Made by a program: the position numbers and the translations under genes. DNA of 61,444 nucleotides, filler included, from Circinaria calcarea (lineage: Eukaryota), in assembly GCA_051942165.1 (NCBI GenBank). It is 13 parts of 13 records of this genome, joined end to end, with 100 filler letters (N's around TTAATTAATTAA, not from the genome) between each part and the next. Parts side by side here need not be neighbours in the genome. Positions count along the whole stretch, not along the records: positions 9,500 to 14,145 come from JAVECS010002239.1; positions 14,246 to 18,888 come from JAVECS010002240.1; positions 18,989 to 23,630 come from JAVECS010002241.1; positions 23,731 to 28,370 come from JAVECS010002242.1; 9 more parts are not named here. The stretch is one strand, 5' to 3'. Positions within the stretch are counted from its first letter, which is position 1, and the number at the start of each line of letters is the position of its first letter. Of the stretch, positions 10,607 through 23,992 are shown piece after piece. The notes beneath the pieces were generated by a model that worked only from the letters and a program-made list of their open reading frames with translations, made no database searches and was not told where the DNA came from.

Positions 10607-13600
10607 AACCCTCTCTCCCTACCCCTCGCAGTCCCTGTTAGGTCATTCTTTCATCATCATCATCATTCACAACGATGATATCACGCCTCTCTCACGCAAT
10701 CACAGGAACCCGTGTAATCTTTCCTGGTGACGAAATCCGTTGGTTTGGGACCTATAGAGTTTGTACATCCCGTTTGCTTTGAGACCCAGTGACATCACGA
10801 AAGAGCTTGATGGAGACGAACTGGTGAGACTTCGTTCCTGGCTCCCGGTCGGGAAGCTCTGTTCATGTCACTCCCAATATCTCCGTTTCGAATCGAGATC
10901 GGCAAGGATGATGTGAGATCCTTAAAGTGCAGCAAGTGACGTTGACGTTTCCGTACACATGTGAGGCTTTGACAGCTCCCTGGAAGCTTAAAGATAACCA
11001 GACAACAGGAGGTTGTTGGGACCAATGCATAAGAAAGATGTCATCTTCTCCTTTTGGTGTAACAGCCCGTACACCCATTGACGAGTGGGAAGGACGGTCC
11101 GCTGCACGGGGATCTTGGATGGGCAGCCTTTTGAGGCTCTGAATGGAAACCCCCACATCCCAAGAAATGCGCGCTATTCTACCCCGCAAGTGCCCCGCCA
11201 CGACGCCAGATTCGACCGCTACCCGAAAACGTCTTGGGATGCGGTCGGTTACCATAGGGGTGCCCTCGTTGGGAACATTGCTAGGGCTGAGCCTAACTCT
11301 TCGAATATGCTTACCTCATGCTGTCATCTCAGTTTTCTAACAAAGTGCATTGCGTATGCCTGTTCGGCCACCTTTTCGACTCCCGGATAAGCTGCATCGT
11401 GGAAAGGCTACAGTTTCCCCGTTTGGCAGCACGTAAAGGCTTACAGCTATATCTTTACGATGAGCACTCGGTGAGCCATGCCGTGGCTCGAGCTGGAAAA
11501 CTGACGAGACTTCACAGCGAGCAAGTCAAAAGTGAGGCTGCCAATGATGCATGGGGCCCTATTCTTGGAGAGCGGGGCACTGCGAAGGGTGAGAGTACTG
11601 TAAGATCAATCAATGAGTGTGGTTACGCAAAGGGTAGACTACCAAGAGCCGCCATGTCAGCTCAACCTGAACGGGAGAAGAGTAAGGGATAACAAATAGC
11701 TGCCTCCCCCAGCTATTTGAACATGGCCCTACGGAGCAATCGTGCCAAGTCTAAGGAATTAGTGTGGAGGCTTTGATCTAACAGGGCCGGGGCACCACTA
11801 ATTGTACTCCCCCCGATAAATCGGGGAGATCTCCAGCAACAAAGGATCTCGATGAATATCCCGCCGTATGCAGAGCCGGGGCAAAGCCTCCTAGCATCTA
11901 AAACGGCTTGCGAAGGAGCGGGTGTAGGAATGGAGCCTGGAAACCTTCAGTGGCGCATGCGGCAAGCCTTTGCAGTCTAACAGCACCGTTATTTTACTGC
12001 ATGCAAGCGCCAACTCGACGCTTTGCACAGAGTGGGAAACGTTCCCTTGAGATATAGAGACTCATGTATGTTGCCTAGTCCTTAACACTCCGAAAATCCC
12101 AATAGAAACAGCAGCACCCACTTTTTTCTCGGTCACCCTATCTACCATCTTACAAGGCTCCCATGGTATATGACATACTGAAGAGAGACTATATGAAGTA
12201 CAGATTCCTTGTTGAATCACCCGTACTGGGCTGTTGATTCTTGTTCGAGTTTCGATGGAGTTGCCAGTCCCGGTTTTCCGATTTGCACTCCCCATCAATG
12301 ATTATTTGCCCTCAATTCCTAAACTTCACTTCGCAGCTTTTCATGTGTCGTGGTAAAGCACCTGCCCAAATCCCTGTTCAAAACTCTGAAGCCCCCCTGC
12401 CAATTATGACGTCGCTGCATCTTCACCACATTATAAACATGAACGATGGCGAACAATACCGAGCCGCCACTGAGCTAGGCTATCAAGTCGAGCACCGACA
12501 GCTTTCAGACATGTACGGATCCCAACATCAGAGTGCCTGCCGCAGCTCCCGCCTTCATCCCTACATCCAGAGCGATAGTCTGCGTCCCGTCCAGTACAGG
12601 GTCGATGCTCACACTGCTGCAGTCCGTACACTGGCTTGACCCCCAGGGAAGTGTGTACCAGCTGACGTACCCGTGGATATTCCGGGACCTTTGCGCCTGC
12701 ACCCGGAGACTGGAGGCATTCACCGACGTGTGCCTGTCCTGGGCGGTCAATATGGCTCCAAGCGCGTACTGTGAAGAGCCTACTCCCGTCGGGGGAGCCC
12801 GGCTCGAGCAGCACCGACGTTTTGGCTGGTGTGGACAACATGGCCACGGTCTGGCCCGGAACCGGATGACCATGACGACGACGACGACGACAAAGAACCC
12901 CTTCTGCGAGCCGCGGCGGTTTCAAGATTGGTAAAATAAGTTACATCTCGCTGGCACGGTGGCATGAATGGACCTTACGGCGTAAGCTTAGGATTGAGTT
13001 CCTTCCGCTCGTTTTTTTTCCGAGTTGGCTGAATGGCGCTTACAGCGCGGGCTTTGGGGGATAGCGTTGCTGCGCGGGTGAAGATGACAGGAAGTTTCTT
13101 TCCCTTCTCCGCGAAGGATGAGGAATTGATTTCGCTAGCGTGAGACTTGGTCGATTATGGTGAGTCAGGTGACCGAACACGATCTATCGGGGTTGTCGTA
13201 GTGCTCTCTAGAATGAGCCTGTTGGTGGTTGTTAGAAGCTGGGCCATGAGGTTCTTATCCTCCGCCTCGATTGAAGTCGGGAACTTGTCCAATTTAGAGG
13301 GCCACTTCGTCAGCAGCGGGAGAACTATGCGGGGCCAGGTAAACGCTTGAGATACAATGTCGGATGATAATAATACTCAAGTACGCGCGCGTAGGTTCTC
13401 CAATCTCATAATGATCGTCTGGTTAGGACCTGCAAGCTTGGGTATCTATATAATGAAACATCCTTTTCGGGACTCCAATGGATGTTGTCTATGAGGAAGA
13501 TATGACGTGCGATGCACAGAAATAGCTGTAGCACGCAATGGAAATCCTGACCATCATAATTATCTAGATAGGGGAGGACAAAATGTCGATATACTACCAA

Positions 13601-13760
13601 AAAAATGAAGTATTGCATGAGATTAGGTACCTATGCTCGGCTCGGGAACCTGGAGGTTTTAATGCGGATCATGGACTAGTTGGAGTGGTGATGTTGCGAG
13701 CGCAAACCCTAACCGACGCAACAATCTCCTATCAGGGACAAGGTAGCCTATATGCCCAAA

Positions 13761-14145
13761 TCACTCCGCCTTAGCTTCGATTTCCGCATTCACCTTGGAC
13801 TGCTTAGCCAACTTCTCCAAAACAAACCTTGCCAGCACCTCAGGCATCAGATCCAGAGAGAACATCTGCAACGCATGCGGCAGATATGCCGTCACGACAT
13901 CCCTTCCACACCCGACCCTCTCTAACGCCGCCTTCGCCATAACCCTCGCCGGCGGTGTGAAAGGGCCCATAGTGACGTCAGAAGTCCTTCCCTCTGTGAG
14001 AACCCTTCCCACTAGGATCCCCAAGAGTTCGATGTCGTGGCCTTCAGCTCTCATATCGGCTGCCAGACTGCTGTTGAAGTTCACGTTGTAAGCTTTGGCA
14101 GCGGAGTAGACGCTAATGTATGGGACGCTTAATCTTGCGACTACG
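13761..14145 (-). CDS. Short-chain dehydrogenase/reductase, C-terminal part only (5'-truncated)
   Basis: Frame is open from the contig edge: SVPYISVYSAAKAYNVNF, containing the catalytic YxxxK, followed by AKAALERVGCGR. Confidence 0.75.
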
Positions 14146-14245
14146 NNNNNNNNNNNNNNNNNNNNNNNNNNNNNNNNNNNNNNNNNNNNTTAATTAATTA
14201 ANNNNNNNNNNNNNNNNNNNNNNNNNNNNNNNNNNNNNNNNNNNN

Positions 14246-17200
14246 GGACACTGTCTATCTGCTCTACCATCACACTATTGTAAAGTCGATGAAAAGCCGA
14301 CGGCCGTGATAATAAGGCATGAGGACTGTCAAACTCTAGAAGTTCACCACCGTCCATGAGAGCAACCTTGTCAAAGTCAAGTATCGTCTCTAGCCGATGC
14401 GCCACGGCAATGATGGTATGGGCTGCGAACTTGTCGCGGATGATTCGTTGCGTCAGCTTCTCTGTATTGGCATCGACACTAATACAAAAGAGTTAACAGG
14501 TCGTGACACGCAACCACCGAAAGGCCGCCACTTGGAAGACTAACCTGCTTGTTGCTTCATCAAGAACAAGAATCGTACTTGGACGAAGCATGGCTCGCGC
14601 GAGGCAGAAAAGTTGCTTTTGCCCGTGTGACAAAAAGAGCTTTTCCACCGGAGTGTCCAGTCCTCCCTTCCGATTAACAACATCCCAAAGCTGGACGCTC
14701 TGTAATGCAGCAACAATCGCGTCATCGGGAAGTACCTGTGTAGGATCAGCGTTCATGCGAACGGTCCCATCCAACAAGAATGCATCCTGAGGAACACCGA
14801 TGAGCTTCGAGCGAATGTCCTCTCGGGGAATCGTGGATATGTCAATCCCATCTATGGTGATGGTGCCACTGGAAAGCTCGATCATGCGGAATATGGACAA
14901 GATGATTGAGCTCTTGCCACTGTACGAAGCAAAGGTTAGACTTAGGGTGAACTTATTAAATCACAGGAGACCTTGTGATTTACCTTCCTGTTCTTCCACA
15001 AATCCCAATTTTCTGGCCAGCTTCTATTGAAAAGGAGATGTTCTTGAGCACAGGTTCAGAAATCCTATGTCACAACCGGGTGAGCGAAGCAACGGAAGGG
15101 CAAACTCCTTGTGCATACCTATAGGCTGCTGATACAGATTTAAACTCAATAGCACCCATCGACGGCCATCCCGGAGGGGCTGTGATTGTTTCCGTCGGCA
15201 GATGCTCTGATATCGCCTCGGCCGTGAAACTTTTAATCCTAGCAATGGCTCCGATATGTGTTTCCAAGGTGGTCCAGAATGTTAGAAGCAACTTCAGGGT
15301 TTGGCTAAACAATATAACGTTCACAAGTGCCACACCAATCAGTCCTGGGCTAAGCACACCACGGAGTTTGACAATTAAGACGATCAGTAACACAGCAATG
15401 CCCGCAACGAATAAATCCAAGACAAGCGTTAGCCAGCGTTGAACAGCAAAAAGGAGATAGAAAGGCCGCTGGGAGCGGTCCAGAAGCTTGCGGTTCTTTT
15501 CCTCAAGCGCGCTCTCCCACCCGAAAGCTCGCAATGTGACCAACCCGTTCATACATTCCATGAACTGGGAATATAGAGGGGACTTTGCCTCTAGGTCCAA
15601 GAATCGAATCTGACGAGATGTACGTAGGTAAAACTTTTGAATTAGGTAGAGGGCCGCGAGAAGAAACGGGAAGGATATTGCAGCGTAGACGGAACCTACT
15701 CCGATAAGGACCGTTTGTGCAATGCAGAGGACGAAAGCTAAGAAGGGGTCAGCAAATATTGACACTATGGATCAGAATAGCATAATTGGAAGCCAAATTG
15801 GAACAGAGAGAGGAACACCGTACTCGCAAAAGTGTTCAGAGCAGCAATAGGCAAATCCATATCGATAAGCTGCAGATCTTGACTGAACCTGTTGATGGTG
15901 ATGCCAGTGTCGGTTGTTGAGAAGAAAGATAATGGAGAACTATGGGCAATCATAGGATGTTAGTTATCATGTGTTCGACGGTGTACTAAGAAGCACACTC
16001 ACTTGAGTACAGTTTTCAAAAGTGTCCAGTGAAAATTTTTGCCAGATCGAGGCACCATTGTAATAATCATCTGCCTATTGGTGCTAATTAGTACAAATAA
16101 CCTATTAGTTACCACTGGGACTCAACGAACCAGCAACTAATGACAAGACACACAAGCGCCATCGCTCCGAGAAGAGCATATATTCCAAGGTAGAAGCCCA
16201 AATCCTGATTCGGCGCTAGGGCATTGGCTGCAGCCCACCATTTGACCCAGATAGCTGAATAGGATCAGTATTGGGAGACCGGCTGACAAGGGAGTGATGG
16301 AGCGAAAGGTCTTACTCGGAAATGACATGCAAAATATATAAGCTGTTATGGCGACAATAAAGAGCATTGTAGGCATCCAGCCAATAGATTTGACGTAGTA
16401 TAGGTATATTGAGAAATCGCCTATACGTCTGCTGGCCTCATCTTCAACAACTTCGGTTGCCTTAAGAGACTCTACCGACGGGCTGACAGAATCAATAATG
16501 GAGTGCTTGTTGATAAGACTTTCTTGATCAGGGACATAGGTCCAATCAGCGGGCGGTAAGTTGAAATTCGATACATAGCCTCCAGATGCATCCAGTTTCT
16601 CGAAGGTACCTTGCTCGGTGACCTTGCCGGTACTATCAATGGACAAGATGTGATCTGCATAAGGGAGACGCTTGGCTGCCGATTTCGTTAACAGGCAAAC
16701 AAATGGAATCGGTGAGGTGGAGTAAGTCTGCTCACCGGAGGAAGAAGCTACAAGGACGGTTGTATTGAGACGACGTAACAGCCCATCTAACCCAAGCAGA
16801 TTGTGGAAAACACGGTTTTCTGTATGAGCATCCAGTCCACTGAGAACATCATCCAGAATGACAATGTCCTTCTGGGCGTAGATCGCCCTTGCTAGCGCCT
16901 GGCAGCCATGTGAGCAACACGTGGGCAGTCAACACGGGATCATGCGCTTGCAGAAACTCACGATTCGCTGACTCTGCCCACCACTCAAGGCAATACCCTT
17001 GCTCCCGATCATGGTCTGATCACCTCGTGGTAGTTGCCGTAGATCTTCGTCTAGCGCACACGCACGAATAACCGACATGTACCACCGCTCATCAAGTTCC
17101 GAAACGGCAACGATGCTTTGTTGAACGTTTCCGTTCATATGCCAAGCTGTTTGATCACAGTATGCAATTTCCAACGTCGATACCTGGATGGCTCCATTCA

Positions 17201-18888
17201 TCATGGCCACCTCGCCCAAGAGTGCTTTTAGCAAAGTTGATTTTCCGCACCCAACCGGTCCCACCAGCATGGTTAGTTTTCCCCGAGGAATATCTATATT
17301 AATCCCCGACAAGAGAGGTGCTAGTTTGGGATCCCATCCAAAGCTTCCATTTTGCACAGCTATCGCATCAGTATCAGGCAAAAACACGGCAGTCTGTTTT
17401 TCTGCAGCCTTGAAGGTTATTTCTTCTACCTTGACATCACTTCCGTTGGAGACGCTCAGCGTTTGAGAACTTGGATAGCTATCATCGTGATACTCCATGG
17501 GCTTGATCCTGTTGTCAACACGCACATCCGACTCCAAAAAGGTCTGTATCCGGGTAAAACAGCCAACGGAACCAATAAACGTGGACAATGACATGATAAA
17601 GGACGAAAGGGGCTCTTGTAAGAGAGCGAAGAGTGTAAGCGAGGTGTATACCCGTGTAGTATCTAGGGTAGTACCGCTACCGCTCCTTTGTGCCAGAACA
17701 GAGAAGACGGCGAACGTGAGAACGGGAGCAATGACCGGGGTCATGTAAGCTATGACTTGTGTTAGCTGGGAAGAAACTTCAATAATAGGAAATTAAACTG
17801 TCTTCTTACCAAGGGCCATATTCCATATTAGAAGTTGCCTGAATTTCTTGGAGATTTGCAATTCATCGGTTCTCAACTTCTGGAGACTTGTAAGTAGGTT
17901 TTCTGTCAAGCCACACATCTTCACTCCTTTCATAGCGCCCAGCATGGCAGAAGTGGCAGCGATACGCCTCTCGATAGCTTCAAGCCAGAGGGCCTGGCGG
18001 GACATTACGAAGCTTAATGCAATCAAGCATCCTGTGATTGAGACTGTATATGCAAAGACTTATCAGTATCGTGTAGCATCTTCAACTGGACGGCCTGACT
18101 TACCGATTGCTACTGCGACAGGGATAACACACGCGACACCAAGCTGCCTCTCCAGGAGGTAGACTGCCACGCTGATCTCTACTAAATTTGCCCAAATCTC
18201 ATGCATTGTTGTCCATCCGTTGGTGATTCTTTCTATATCCGCGCTCATAAGAGTCAGAGATGCAGAAGGATCCACCGTGGTAATGCTTAAATCCGTCGCT
18301 TTGTGGTAAAGCATGGATATCAAGCCTCCCCGAACCATAGTAATTGCTCGGAATGTCAAGTGCTGGTATTGACCCGTGGAGATCTCACACCAGAATCCGT
18401 CAGTTTAAAAAGTAGTTGTCTGGCCTGCAAGAGACTCACTGCTATGCCAACATAGACGAATAAGTACGCGCCAATCAGCCCGTAACCTTTGTTATAAGTT
18501 TGGTCGTCTGTGGGCTCCTCCGACCAGTCAAGAGTGGTGGATATTAAAAACGGCTGGCAAAAGTTAAAGGCGATGAGGCAAAGACGGGGAAATATGATCG
18601 AGAGCAGGGGCCATCTCAGTGTATTGAGGGCCAGGAACAGTAGTGTATTCGGGCTTCTGATGGGAACTAGACGCGTGACTATCACTCAGCCTCCGTTTAA
18701 GGGAAGAGATGGACGTAGGAAACAGTAAAGACGATCGAACCTTTTGTCCATGCAGATTGCATCAAACCTTGCAAGAATTCGGATGCTAAGTGTCTGTCGA
18801 GTTTGAAGAGATCGTCCACGGACAGTGCCTTTGAGAATCCTGTCCGAAAGAGAGGAATCTGCCACCAGAAAAAGAACCGGCTGAAAAT
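14246..18888 (-). CDS. ABC transporter, ABCC/MRP type (TMD-NBD-TMD-NBD); multi-exon, truncated at both ends
   Basis: NBD1 has GPVGCGKST and [11 protein letters not shown]2 has [25 protein letters not shown] and AHRL. TMD motifs [11 protein letters not shown] and [16 protein letters not shown]. Confidence 0.93.
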
Positions 18889-20359
18889 NNNNNNNNNNNN
18901 NNNNNNNNNNNNNNNNNNNNNNNNNNNNNNNNTTAATTAATTAANNNNNNNNNNNNNNNNNNNNNNNNNNNNNNNNNNNNNNNNNNNNCCCACCATCAAG
19001 CCCCTAATTGCCACCAAAAACTGCCCTTTTTTTCGTTTTTCTTACAACCCAAAGCGAAAAAAAAACCCTGTAATTTTGTAATTTTGACTTGCAATAGAAT
19101 TTTTGGTGGCCCTTGTTCACAACTAACTACTTTATCGGTCGGGTCGGTCGTTGTAATCTGGAGTGATTAGAATGATTCATTGGTGATTGTACCTTACCTT
19201 GATTTTCTATGAAAGGGTTTCTTTTGGGGATTGTGTATTCGACATACGAAGTGAGAAATTGGGTACGCGAGCTACCCGCTGGAAAATACGACTACATTGT
19301 CAATGTTGTAGTGAGGATGGCTCTCCCTAGCCCCATAGTTACGTAGTCACGCGGTCCAACCGTGACCTCTCCTTTTTTTCGAAAGTCGAGGGAATTTTTC
19401 TCAAACAACAATCCTTTGTTTGATTTGCAGATAGATGAACGGTAACCGCCACACTTTGCCTACCGTGCCTTCATCCAGGAGCGGCGGCTTTTTAATATTT
19501 ATATCACGAGCCCCAAGTTTTCCAGCAGGCAACTTTCCCAGTTCCATAAAATCTCAAGGATAAGTTAGATAGAATACCCCATTTGCAGCCGCTTGGACGA
19601 GATCGGGGATCGGGGATCAGGGATGGTTGGTTACATACGCCATTACATCCTGATGGCTTGCTGAATGTTACCTCTCCGGAACCGTTAAAAGTATTGTGAT
19701 AAGTAGCCCCCGCCGGCTCTCCACATGCTTCATCACCTTCCCCCCCCAAAACCCCAAAAATCTCCTCCGTCAAACCTTCTCCCTGTCACGGTCTGCGACA
19801 GCAGCATCATGAAAGTCACCTCGAACCCTAAAAGTTGACTGTAGAACCATGTCTGCAGCGCCACGCTGGTGACGGCACTATCAATCCTAAAGCCGGGCCA
19901 ACGGCTTGGAGATGTTCAGCTTGTCCAGCAGCGTCAGCAGGACGGGTGGAAAGCTGCTTCGAGATGCCATTATCAGCAAGGTGTCGAAGATGTGGCTTTC
20001 CGGGGACTCAAAGCGCAGTGACGACTTCGGTGAGGAGACCACTGCTTACTGACTGTGGTCAGCGGTCGGTTGCTGCTAATGCGAACGGCCTGGCGAAATG
20101 AGGGCGTAGCGTCGGTCCGTAATCTGGATTGGGGAGCCTTGGAGGCCTCGCTGACGAAGTTCGGCTTGACCAGATAAGGAATTTCGAGACCGGTGAGGAT
20201 GTAGTTGGTGGATTCGATGTCATCAGTAGAACCTCAATTCTGCGCCGGAGGGCATCTTTGAGCTATAAAGATCTCTCTTGCAAACCTGATCGAGAGAACC
20301 AGCAAGTCCCACCTTAGTCTAGCAATTAGACCCGTCGGAACAGCGGAACGGTTGATAAA

Positions 20360-21476
20360 TTATGATTTCGTCAACTGCTCCACGGTAAGCTGGACGCTAC
20401 ACACCCCTACCGCAAGCGCCGCCATCATATAACTCGCGAGCGCAAACCCCGACTGCAGGTTTCCGGTCACCTTCGTAAACACGCAGCCGACCAACGTGCT
20501 GCTCGCAAAGACGGCGACAACAACAACGCTCAGCCGGGCTCTGTCCAAGCCTTCGTTGAACTGGAGGCCCCAGGCCACATCCCCCGTGGCGACGTTTCCC
20601 AACAGCTTCTTGGGAAATTGCTCGCAGCACCGGCTGATTTCCCCGGCGTGGTCCGGGTGCTGGACGCGGTGCTTCAGGAAATTGGGCCCCAGAGGTGGGC
20701 AGATGTCCGTCGGACGCGGGGTGAACTCGTAGATTTTTCGGTGGTGCGGGTCTTCCGGGGGAAGGTCGGGCTGCTTTCGGACATTGATCAGTCGATGCGG
20801 GAATGCTTCGAACTGGTCCAGTTATCAGTTAATAGATTCATTGACAACTCGACATTCCCGGCATTATTTACCTGGATGAAGAGTACCGAGTGGAGGGACC
20901 ACAAGGAAAGCCATCGTTTCCACTTGCCTCGTACATGGTAATATTGGCGTTGTAGTTGCGTGAACATGGCTTGGTCGTTGAATCCTGACTTCCAGCTGAT
21001 GTGAAACATTTCCGGTTGGGTATGGAATCCGTTGATGCAAGCCAATACGTAACCGTTTTTATCTAAAGAATCACGACATGGTCCATTTGAAGGTTGTTCC
21101 ATACCTATTGCGAGTGTCTGAGTCAAGCTGTTGCCCTGTTCATGATGTGGCGAGCTGTTGTTTCCTCCGAATCTGGAAAGGATGGAACTAAATGACAACG
21201 CTGTGCTCGCACCGTTCTGACGAGGCTCGGATGTTGGAAGGACTGGGTTCGGCCTTCTCTGGATCTCTAAATACTTCATCAGCTGCAGGGCGGCGCCGGG
21301 TTTATGCTCTAGATAATCATCATAACCTGTTCTCCCACAACTCTGCGCATAGGCAGTTAGCCAACTGTCAAGCGCAACTTGAAAAAATTGCAGCTCACGC
21401 ATTCCCAAGGTACCCGAGTATAGCTTGGAGGGACCACCGGCTGCAACATATACCGAAAAGCACTGACGGAGGGTTG
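20360..21476 (-). CDS. Uncharacterised fungal membrane-anchored domain (WxCxCG motif and two C-terminal TM helices); exons 21399-21476, 20872-21342, 20360-20812
   Basis: Phase-0 introns 21343..21398 (GTGAGC..CTAAC..CAG) and 20813..20871 (GTAAAT..CTGAT..CAG). Product reads RVPWEC|SCGRTGYDDYLEHKPGAA..LFIQ|FEAF..PDLPP..YEFTPRP..PPLG..FPKKL..AWGLQFNEGL, then two hydrophobic helices. Confidence 0.7.
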
Positions 21477-21561
21477 CTAGACATAAGCGGCGGCGAACTG
21501 AGCGCAGCTGACCTCAACCAAATCGAACTTTGCTATTTTAGTCACAGGGATTGGTTTCATA

Positions 21562-23111
21562 TTAGAACTGTGATTGCAAGGGACTTACATTAATCAACAT
21601 TATGCAGAACGATACATAAAATACGCCGATATACAGCAACGAACATCCAGCGCAGTACCGATAGAAAAGATACACAATCAATGTAACCAAGCTTCGGAAT
21701 ATGACAGAGCGTAGAAGTGACCTATGCTCCGCTCCTAGGCCCTCACGATGCTGCTCGACAATCTTTGCTGCAGGTAGAATTTCCGCACTTTGGGTTTGCA
21801 TTTTTTCGTTCTCTACAAGATCCCGGTCCCTGAGCAGTTTAGACTCCATGGCTTCTTCTATGACGATACGATGCGTCCGAGGAGAAATCCTAGTTTCCTG
21901 TTTAGGTCCTGTGAAAGACTTATGACTGGTGGATCCGAACTGGAGAAAGGGCAATTTTGCCCATACAACTTGGCTGACAGGTAGACCATCCTTCTGGCTG
22001 CACAAAAAATCCATGGTTCCAGCAAAGTCCTCGAATTCGCTTATGCTTGGATGCCTATCGAGCACAAGTCGAAGCTCCGAACAATCATAGTCCTTAGTGT
22101 CATCGTTCTTCTTGTCATCTGTTATTGACTGCTCAGGATTGCTATTGATGGTATCTTTAGTTAGCGGCGCGAGGACGATCCGCTTTAGGAATCCTGCCCG
22201 TTCGATAAGGACGGGCCGCTGTCCATCAGGGAAGTTAGGTGCCTGTCTAATCTGGTGTACCAATTCTGAGGTTGTGAATCCAGTTCCAAGGCTAGCCAGT
22301 TCTATCAGAGCCCAGGTAAACGCTGACGTAAAGGAGTACATGCCGGGAGCACTTGTCAAACCACCGGTAGTAGCAGCAAGGTATTCTGAGCATTCTTGGG
22401 ACCATTCAACAGTTGTCCGTCCAAGGTCTCCAGCATAACAACAGTCGAATATCTGGAACACATCACCACGCGAGTGTTGGAGAGTGGCTTCAGCCCAAAC
22501 GAGTGTATGCAAAGTAATTCTATTATGAGGAGTGGGTGGTCCACGCCTCCTGCCTCTTATTAACATCAAATTTGCTTGAGCAAGGTTACAAATATAGACT
22601 GACCATGTTAACTCCAATTCTTTTGCAATATCCCCCTGGATTGCATGCCCAGCATAGTACACAATCAACAAAGTAGATTCGTTATCTTGCTCAGATATAA
22701 AGTCTGACAGCCCTTTCGTAATTTGTACTTGCACATTTTTTAGTTCGTCGTGACGCAAACATAAAAATGTTGTATGAAAGTTATATGTTCTCCGAAACAC
22801 GTCTCCAAGGATACCCACCTAAAAATAACAAGTATAAGACAAAGCTATTCTCGGTAACATATATAACCAAAGGAGCTTGTTACCTCATGTCCTGCATATG
22901 AATTTTCTACGTCCTCTTCCCAATATACTATCAAGACAGCCACTCTCTGATAATGCCTGGCAGAGAGTCGTTTTCTCCGCATCTGCTTATCCCGGATAAC
23001 TTGTAATTGAGCATATTCAAATTCACAATTCACCTCCCGATTAACCTGTACAGATGATTCAGTCAAGACATGATCATCTCGTACAGATAATGGAAGCAGC
23101 TTGGAAGCCAT
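21562..23111 (-). CDS. Caspase-like (peptidase C14 / clan CD) protease domain protein with a C-terminal hydrophobic segment; intron 22819..22883
   Basis: YQRVAVLIVYWEED..GHE|VGILGDVF..YNF; catalytic His in LLIVYYAGHA; catalytic Cys in IFDCCYAG; then EYLAAT and SFTSAF. A further in-frame intron is possible at 22550..22603. May splice onward to the 20360-21476 unit (see findings). Confidence 0.72.
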
Positions 23112-23992
23112 TAGGGCGCCCTTGAATGTATTTAATGACCCGTGGCCTTGCCGGTGGTTGTTCTGATGTCTTGGATATCGTATCGACGGGTTCGTTCGTC
23201 AGATCCATGGAATAGATGTAAGGGAAATGTACAGCCCGTTGCCTGTCTACCGGAGGCCTGATTCAGGGAAATTCGACTGTAGTACTGTAGTGATGACGAA
23301 GCGGTAGAAATAATGAGGAAGGATGGACGAGGTGATTGTTCATGCTCCGCATGAGGCTGATTGTGAAAGGCTCCGAACGAGGCTGACAGCTCATCTGCTG
23401 CGCCTCGGCCCTCATGAGCAGGTGGGTAGAGAGATAGGTGCAGGGTAGAGAACAGCCTGGTGACTGGACACTATGCATATTTCGCGTCTCCGAAGTGAGT
23501 AGGTGGGTGATTTGAACTTCCAGGCCGAGATTTATCTTTGAATTATAGCTTTAAACATACAATCGTGCGTTGCAAAAAGACATTCTAGTCTTTGAGGGAT
23601 ATTTGATTCCCCCGTGGTCAAGGGGGGGCGNNNNNNNNNNNNNNNNNNNNNNNNNNNNNNNNNNNNNNNNNNNNTTAATTAATTAANNNNNNNNNNNNNN
23701 NNNNNNNNNNNNNNNNNNNNNNNNNNNNNNCCGTTGTTGAATGTCGATGCTTGTCCTTGTTGGTTCACACCGTGGCAGCTTTCAATAGTAATTCTGTAAG
23801 TAAGAGACTGTTTCTAAAGCTTTGACACATATCATTACCTATCCTCAGTTCACCACTCGACCAGGGTGACCTGATGATCGAGGCGATGGATACATGTTAC
23901 AAATCGTAATGATAAGGATTCAGACCAATAGCTTGTTTTATATGATCAACCGAACAGTCATTGAAAACGCAGAACCGTTAATGGCTGACTCA

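Noticed and set aside
12431..13400. Overlapping GC-rich ORFs on both strands, including a protein-like tail (12505-12780, minus)
   Set aside because: Could be a decayed gene, but I could not build a consistent gene model or name a family.
4754..18888. veA, SDR and ABC transporter as a secondary-metabolite cluster
   Set aside because: Three separate contigs, and no backbone synthase is present.
19810..20260. Minus-strand fragments (RIDSAV..LQTW..GFEV) faintly like a diterpene synthase N-terminus
   Set aside because: Spread over broken frames with no diagnostic YDTAW or DxDD motif; too weak to support.
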